Positions 57,053-64,000 of a stretch of 64,000 bases of DNA are shown here, in pieces (within the stretch, counting starts at the first letter, position 1; every line of letters starts with the position of its first letter). This stretch comes from Callorhinchus milii (lineage: Eukaryota). The DNA is taken from contig NW_024704752.1 in NCBI RefSeq assembly GCF_018977255.1, positions 12,958,001-13,022,000 of the forward strand, written 5' to 3'. A program made the translations under genes and the position numbers. A model generated the notes under the pieces. The model had not been told where the DNA came from. It saw only the letters and a program-made list of their open reading frames with translations, and ran no database searches.

Positions 57053-58588
57053 TGTGGGATTGAAAAGATTTTATACAAGTGTTGGAAGATCGGACATGTT
57101 GGAAACAGCAATCAGCTGACTTCAGTCCAAACAAAAATAAAAAGTCACCCTTTTACTGGACCTACTGAGGCCACTGACACACAAATCGCAAAAGGAAGAT
57201 TCAAATCCGTGTTCACCTCTTAAAACTTTTTGATTCCAAAAAAAAACATTTTTACTGGACCAGAGAAGACTGTATGTGATTTTTTTGGTTAATAAATACC
57301 CATCATTCTATGCTTGTGCTGTTACCTTTGGCTCAATCAGGCAATGGTACGGTTTTTTTTTCAATCTACATCTGGCTTTGGCAATACTGAAGTGCCATAA
57401 CCAAAATTCAGAAGAGCCTTGTATGAAGCTGGAGTATTTTGCATTTGTTCTGTTGCTCTCTGTAACTGCCAGGCGGAAGCAGTTCCCCCCACAAAAGCCA
57501 GATGATAAATGTTTTGACACCAAAAGCTGGAGAAACCACGGGGAATGGTTTGGGTAGACCAACTGTCATCTGATCAGATTTGACTTTTTTGTCTCTTGGT
57601 AGTGTTACTTGTTTAGGCTGTAAGTATGTGGTAGGAATTTACTGTTGTTCTCTGTGATGTATCTTCAATTGCCCTAATGTCATCCTACAACAGAGTTGCG
57701 GGCCTGTGTTGAAACTCATCAGCTCATTACTGTGGGTGAAAGGTTTGCAGCAATCCTTGGTTCTTTGATGCTGACCTGGAGTTCAGGTAGGTCTCCTTTT
57801 CCAGAGTCTGCACAATGGGACAAACTGCTGTAAAGTGCAAGTAATGGCTTATGTACACATTTCCAGGATCTTTTGCAGTAAAATCATTTAGAGAATTATA
57901 AACAAAATCCCTAGTTGCCTAACACAATCTCTGAGGGAATCAAAACTCAACCCAAGGCCCCCAACAGTAAAGAGTCTAGGGGTCTACAGTCAAGAGGGTT
58001 CTAGTCAGTAAACTGAGAAAATAAGATCAGTTCTGAGGGAATCTACACAGTCATACAATCGATGATAGAAGAAAACCTGGTATGGATTCTACACACAATC
58101 TCTAACAGTTTAAAAAAATGAAGGATTCTACTTCAGTCTGTTTTGCTGACAGACTGGCTATCTGTGACAGATTCTACAACTTTCTGACATTGAGAGCTCT
58201 TAGCGATTTGACACATCATCTTTTTGAAGCCCTGTCATAAGAGGCATGGTATTCTACACACAGGTCTAGGGTCCCAAGGGTAAGATCTGTAGTATCAAGA
58301 TCCTTAAGGCAAGACCAGTTCAGATTGCAGATCTGTATGGTGGTCATCTCGCTCACAGTATTGACAACTGAGGAGTGCAATTGCTTCGTCTGGATCCAAG
58401 GACTCTTAACCGTAAGAGTTTAGGGTTTTAGACCGGCTCATTTCCCCAACTATAAAGGTGGGATTCTGCATAAAGTGCTGGAGTTCATGACTAAGAACAG
58501 CGCTATGGGATTTGACATACAAGCCCAATGATCCATGTTTTGGACAGTGAAACTAGATGAGAGACGGAACTTTTTATTGGAAAAAAAA

Positions 58589-58621
58589 GTTTACGTTTCA
58601 GATGTGACCCTTCGTCAGAAC
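58589..58621 (-). ncRNA. Minimal type I hammerhead ribozyme motif (Penelope-type)
   Basis: The minus strand reads GUU-CUGACGA-AGGGUCACAUCU-GAAAC-GUA-AAC: full CUGANGA/GAAA core, a short stem II, a GUA cleavage triplet, and stem I GUU/AAC. Confidence 0.55.
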
Positions 58622-60620
58622 AGGTTGATTTCACATTTATAGATTTAATCTCCACTCAGATGCTGCACAGATCTGGGATCCCGTATATTGTTTGGTGGTG
58701 AGAAGTGGTATGCTTTATCACGTTAAAATGGGCCCTGTGAGTGCATGTGCACTAACGCCATGCGCACACATTTGTCATGCTGGAAAGGAGCTCTGTAATG
58801 TTTGACTTGAAAATGGGCTTGTGTATACATTTGTCATGTTTGAAATGAGCTTTCCATGTTTTGTCATGTTGGAAATGGGAAGTGTTTACAGTTGTGACCA
58901 TTCTACCAATTTTGTTGAAATGAGGGCATCTGCTCTCCATCTCGTCACCAGACAGGAGAATGTAGCAGGACAGCCCATTGACATTCCACTGAGAAAAGCA
59001 ATTCTATATTTTGTTGGCAGTGGTGTAGTTTGTCCGTATCCATTCCATTGCTAACAGCTCCACCAAGGACAGACGACCCACATTAAACAGGACAAATTGA
59101 GGAAAATAAGGGACAAAACAATACCCATTTTTAAATCTATACATGGTATAATAAAATGTAGAAAATGGTAGTTCTTATATAAAAGCTACTTTGGTAATAT
59201 TTTGTGAATGTAGAGACAAGAGAGGATGTAATGTGTTGGGCAGCCACCAAATGTCTTGTGTCTACAGACTGCCTACTTTGCAAGCCTCCCCTAACCTCTG
59301 TTCTGGTTACAACTGCACCAAATGATGAGAATAAGCCTGTTCTGAATCTTGTTCCTGTAATTATTTTGTGAAACTAGAACAAAGGGTTACATAAGCAGCA
59401 TTGTGAAACACTGCTTCACCAAGATCTGGGCGTTAATTCTTCATTGAATTTCTAAAAAAAAATTAAAATCATGTCATACAATATCACTGATGCTGCTCAG
59501 TTAATACTGCTTCAGTTATTAATGTGTTTGGAATGTGAGATTGTGCCCATATATAGATTCTGTAGATGAGCTGGGTATTTCTCTTCGGAGATTGATCAGT
59601 CGCATACGTTTGACCTTTTTTGACTGAGCGAGTCAGTAAACTGCTGGATAAAATTTGGGAAGAACATTGCAGGATTACATGAACTAGTGTCACATTTTGT
59701 AAACCTCAATCAATAAAATTTATAGTTTGCTTTTTAACAATAGTTGAAGGTGTACTTTATTGTGAAAACTCCTAAATGGACTAAACTTTTTTTGGGGGGC
59801 GTCAATTAATTAGTCACTGATGCCTTACGAACTAGATTCAATATAAACTTTATTTTTGCCAAACTGATCCAGCTTACTTAAAGAAAATCTATGGAATAAG
59901 AAAAAACGACTTTTATATTCAACTCTCCACAAATAATAATTTGTCTAGGGGAGATGAGTATAGATGTGACTCCAGTGCATTATTTGACCGCCCTTATTTT
60001 TTAAATTGATCCAATGTCTCCTGTATTTCTCTGGTTATCAAATCCCCCATTGTGTGCTCCAGCTCTTGTGTTTTGACCATTCTTGGTTGAATCTGAGATC
60101 AAATTATTGGCACTGATTGGAGCACTGATCCAATCAAATGTATTTTGATATCTCTATGTCTGACTCGTGAGTTAATGAGCTTTGACTACAGATGCAATGG
60201 ATCCGCACCTGGTGTTTGATAGTTTCGGTTTAGCTATTTTGTCTGATGTAGTTATAGACTAGATGGAACTTTTATTGCTGGAGGAGAAAGCCAGTTTGCA
60301 ATGATATTTCATGTCGGGTCTTGATTTAACATCTCATCCAAAGGACAGCATCAGACTCTGACTCCAGCCTGAGTGTGGGGCTCAAATCTTGAGCCAGAGC
60401 CAAGAATGTTACCAATTCACCTAGCTTGAATGATCAATCGATATCCTAGTTCTTAATATAATCCTTGCATTTGTATCTCCACAAATTTGTCTTGGGCGTG
60501 TGTAACCAATAGACATTCTTGAGGAATACATTAGATCAGGGAATACATCACCTGGTATCAAGATTCATAAAGGGTGTGAGCAAGCATTACTAATTTCCCC
60601 CACCTTCATCAATGTCCTGT

Positions 60621-60958
60621 TATGGAGTTCTGTAGCACTCCCCACGCAAGTGAGAGGACTTGGGTTCAATTCCCAGGCAGGGCGAAAAATTAGGCAAGTT
60701 TCCTTACTCCACACTCTTGTTTACCTAGCTTTAAGTAGGAACCTGGTTGTTAGTCGATTAGAGGATCGTTTTCCAGGGTAATNAAAAAAATTGGTCACTC
60801 AATTCCCCAACTGTTTGGGACACTGCTGTGCGCAATTGGCTGTTGCATTCCGCCCACAAAATATACAGTCAATTCACTTTACAATATATTCTGTGAAGCA
60901 TGTTGAGACGTCTCAAAGTCGTGATAAGGGGGTATATCAAATGCAAGGATTATTATTA
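60621..60958 (+). mobile_element. tRNA-SINE, diverged copy
   Basis: gggttcaattcccaggcagggcgaaa..ggcaagtttccttactccacac head and atatcaaatgcaaggattattat tail. Confidence 0.82.
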
Positions 60959-61187
60959 TGTCAAGGTGGGGTTCTCTTTCTCTGCATTATATATTTCAAG
61001 AAGTTACTTCAACCTCATGCTTCAGATCCCAAAATAACTTGTCTAATTCCACTGTCAACAAAAGTACATCAGTGATTTCAATTGGTTCAGAAGTCATTGA
61101 TGTGGAGGAGGCTGATACGGGGGAAGCGAGGAAGAGGAAGGAATGAGTTTGAACAACCAGTGTAGATTCTCCTTGGCCCCTGCAGAG

Positions 61188-63587
61188 ATGTGTGTCGGTT
61201 GCTGTGCTCGTTGTATAGGCATCGCCCTCATCTCTCTGGCTCTGACTGCCATAGTCACCAACCTCATGCTCCTCTTCCCCAATGGAAAAACAAAACATAT
61301 CCTGGAAAAGCATATCGCATGGGAAGCCAGGATTCTGCCCGGGGGGTGGGGCGGAGGAATACCGGTAAGAACTTTTTTTTTAGCCCGTTTAACACGAAGT
61401 ACAGGCACAAAAGTGTGCTTCAGGGAATAAATAGTTTTAACACCACTTGCAAACTATTCGCTATTAGGTTGAGGTCGTTTCTAAAGCAGCAATGGTATAG
61501 ATGCATTGTGTTCCTTGTATGACCACAAAGGTAAATAAGTCAGTGAGGGTATTCTTTGGCTAGAATGGCAGTCCAGTAATTTGTGTGTGTGGGGATGGGG
61601 AAAAGATGAGTACAATGCCTCCATTTAATAATAATAATCCTTGCATTTGATATAGTGCCTTATCACGTCGTTGAGACTTCTCAAAGCATCCCACAGATTA
61701 GATTGTAAAGTGGGATTGATTATTTTGTGGGTGAAACGCAGCAGCCACTTGATCACAGCAATGCCCCACACAGTGGACACCGCTGAGAGCGATTGGCTGC
61801 CGCATTTCACCCACAAAATATACAATCAATTCAAAGTATATAACATTGAAGTGCTTTGAGACAGATGTCTTGAAGACGTGATAAGGCACTATATCAAATG
61901 CAAGGATTATTATGGGCTTCAGACATGCAGACATATTCTGATTCCCATCTTTTGTGGGTCAGAAATTGAAGTGTTGGTCAGTTATGAGGTAGAACAGGTA
62001 TTATACACTGGATGGTGTACATTGATTGCACAGCAAGACAATGATCTCCTCAGCCTCCCTTAGTCATCAATCCTGCCAAAAAATATAACCCCAAACTCAT
62101 TTTCATGTGACCATCATACGAAATAGGAAGTCTACACGAACTATGATTCACCAGTCAGATTCAGACCCTCTTCCCCCGTTTCTGCTTCTCAGAAATAGTT
62201 CCATTTACGTGTGTTACTTCGCAATGCTCGCCCAGAGAAAATCAAGCCGACTATTCCAACAATATGAAACATTCTTAACAGGCAAAATCCCTGCTCCCCC
62301 ATCCCAATGATGCCAGGCATGCAACTCACAGGCTTTATTGCTTATTTACTTTTCAGGTGCTTCTGGCTGGTCTTTATATTAAAGCAGCTGCCCATAAAGG
62401 TCACTTCGGTTTGTGCATCCAATCAAGGATGAAGGTAAGCCTCCAAACAGTCTAACCCTTCCTGAACCGTCCAGAAAAGACATTAGAGTTGGAAGTGTTC
62501 CTCAGGCAACCAAAGTGGGATCTGCTACATATTACAATTCTGTTCTAGAATGTACCACATGTGGTGCAATTTATAATCCAGGAGTTTGAGTGATTTAGAG
62601 GCAAATAGAATGTCACGTCTTGTGTAAATTGAAACGGGGGAATAAAATTTAAGTCGACCCGAATTCTGTGGACTAAAGGTATGTTTGAAAAACTGAGTAA
62701 TACTATTTCTATCCATAGATGCTCGTGTCCATTCTTTATTCCTTCGTGGCTGGAGCTTGCTCCTTTGCTTGTCTTTGTATATCTGGTCTTGGACTCGCAA
62801 ACGGACCCCTTTGTCTATTCAATGAAACTTTGCCTAATGGAACGCAAGTAAGAGTGTGGGAATACCCCTTTCACACCGAAAGCACATTAATCATTAGGTA
62901 AGGTGTGTGAATGTGCAGCTTGTTTTGTTATCAATTGCAAATTATCATACCTTTTAATTTGTTTTTATTTTAAAAAACACATATTTTAAAAGAATTCCCT
63001 CAAATCCTTCGCTCCAGCCGCTACACCCTGAAGCTATAGAACTCCCTCCCTCAATCCCTTCGCCTTGCTCCCTCTTTCCCCATTTTCAGGTTGCGCCTGA
63101 AGACCTTCCTCCTCGACTGTGCCTATTGTCACCTTTCCCCTACCCCTGGCTCGGCATCGAGCTCCACCACTGTTAAGCGCTCCCGGGACAGAGCCTGGCT
63201 TGGAGGGCGCTGTACAATAACAGCATTTGACATAGCGCCTTATCGTGTCTTCAAGACGTCTCAAAGCGCTTCACAGAATATACCGTAAGGTGAATTGACT
63301 GTATATTTTTGTATAAATTCAAGTTGTTGTTGTACAGTCTGCTCTAGTATTTTACACCTACCCACCGTGATTCAAATTATTTAAGTATTTCATTTCTTTT
63401 TGTGTGCAGTACTGAAAACTACCTGTACCATCACTCACTCTGGAGAGTCTGTGAACACCCGAGGGACATTGTGCTGTGGAACGTGGTTCTCTTTTCCATT
63501 CTCATGGGGACAAGTGCGATTGAAACTATTCTGTGTTCCCTGCAAATGATGAACGGACTGTTGGGCTGTATGTTTGGAGCATGTTAG
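61188..63587 (+). CDS. TM4SF19: Transmembrane 4 L six family member 19-like
   Basis: Exons 61188-61364, 62357-62434, 62719-62897, 63410-63587. L6-family motifs MCVGCCARCIG, NLMLLFPNG, GGWGGG, GLANGPLC, WEYPF, YLY..SLW..C..P..IVLWNVVLFS. The paralogue is assigned by its position next to UBXN7. Confidence 0.85.
61627..61913. mobile_element. Head-to-head pair of SINE 3' halves (fold-back)
   Basis: Minus copy 61627-61770 abuts plus copy 61770-61913; the outer 39 bp are a perfect inverted repeat. Confidence 0.85.
62995..63335. mobile_element. L2 tail (+) interrupted by a SINE 3' half (-)
   Basis: L2 3' sequence to about 63215, a reverse SINE tail 63216-63312, then the L2 terminal ttcaagttgttgttg. 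Confidence 0.6.
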
Positions 63588-64000
63588 CAGGAACTAAATG
63601 ATGTGAAATTTCTAACTCACAACAAATGTCAAAACCCAACCTACATGTTATGGCACACGGTTCGTTCCCTCCGGATTATGTTATTGCTTTAACTGCACTT
63701 TTTTTTAAAAAAAATCTGAAGCCAAATAAATAATAGTTGGACTTTTAACATCCGATGGTTTGTTCGTCTGTTTGTTGACTTATTGATGGAAGAAATAACT
63801 TTATTCACGCACACAGTAATTGGAAGGTGGAAACCCAGAGTGATCAAAAAAAGTGGCAGTAGAAATCATGTGATGGCCCAGGTTAATGTTGACCTCGTTA
63901 TAGCCCTCGATAGTAGGACTAGTCTGAGCTCTCTAAAATAAAGTTAACAGTAGAACGTCCAACCGTGTTCATAGCTCACAGCTACAGAAGTTCGATTCCT

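Noticed and set aside
60783-60783. Single N base
   Set aside because: Assembly ambiguity within a SINE A-run; not biological.

Overview
Vertebrate genomic DNA, probably a cartilaginous fish and possibly a chimaera. This is inferred from the compact introns and the L2, CR1, Penelope-like and tRNA/Deu-SINE repeats. The window holds a gene-dense block: PAK2 (+, 5' end outside the window), AQP12 (+), GAL3ST2 (-), SMCO1 (+), RNF168 (+), UBXN7 (+) and TM4SF19 (+), all reconstructed by hand from GT-AG exons with consistent phases. Notable observations: (1) hammerhead-ribozyme cores carried by Penelope-like fragments, one of them intact, antisense and downstream of UBXN7; (2) a GC-shifted SINE copy that has spawned a 24-bp minisatellite, followed by an NRF1-motif array, at the RNF168 promoter; (3) a decayed copy of the RNF168 MIU2/LRM2 segment; (4) a GAL3ST2 with a roughly 250-aa extra stem and a frameshift near its C-terminus; (5) a phase-consistent cryptic minus-strand exon chain; and (6) two CpG-rich, possibly virus-like relics between GAL3ST2 and SMCO1. 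No database searches were run. Family assignments come from recognising sequence motifs.
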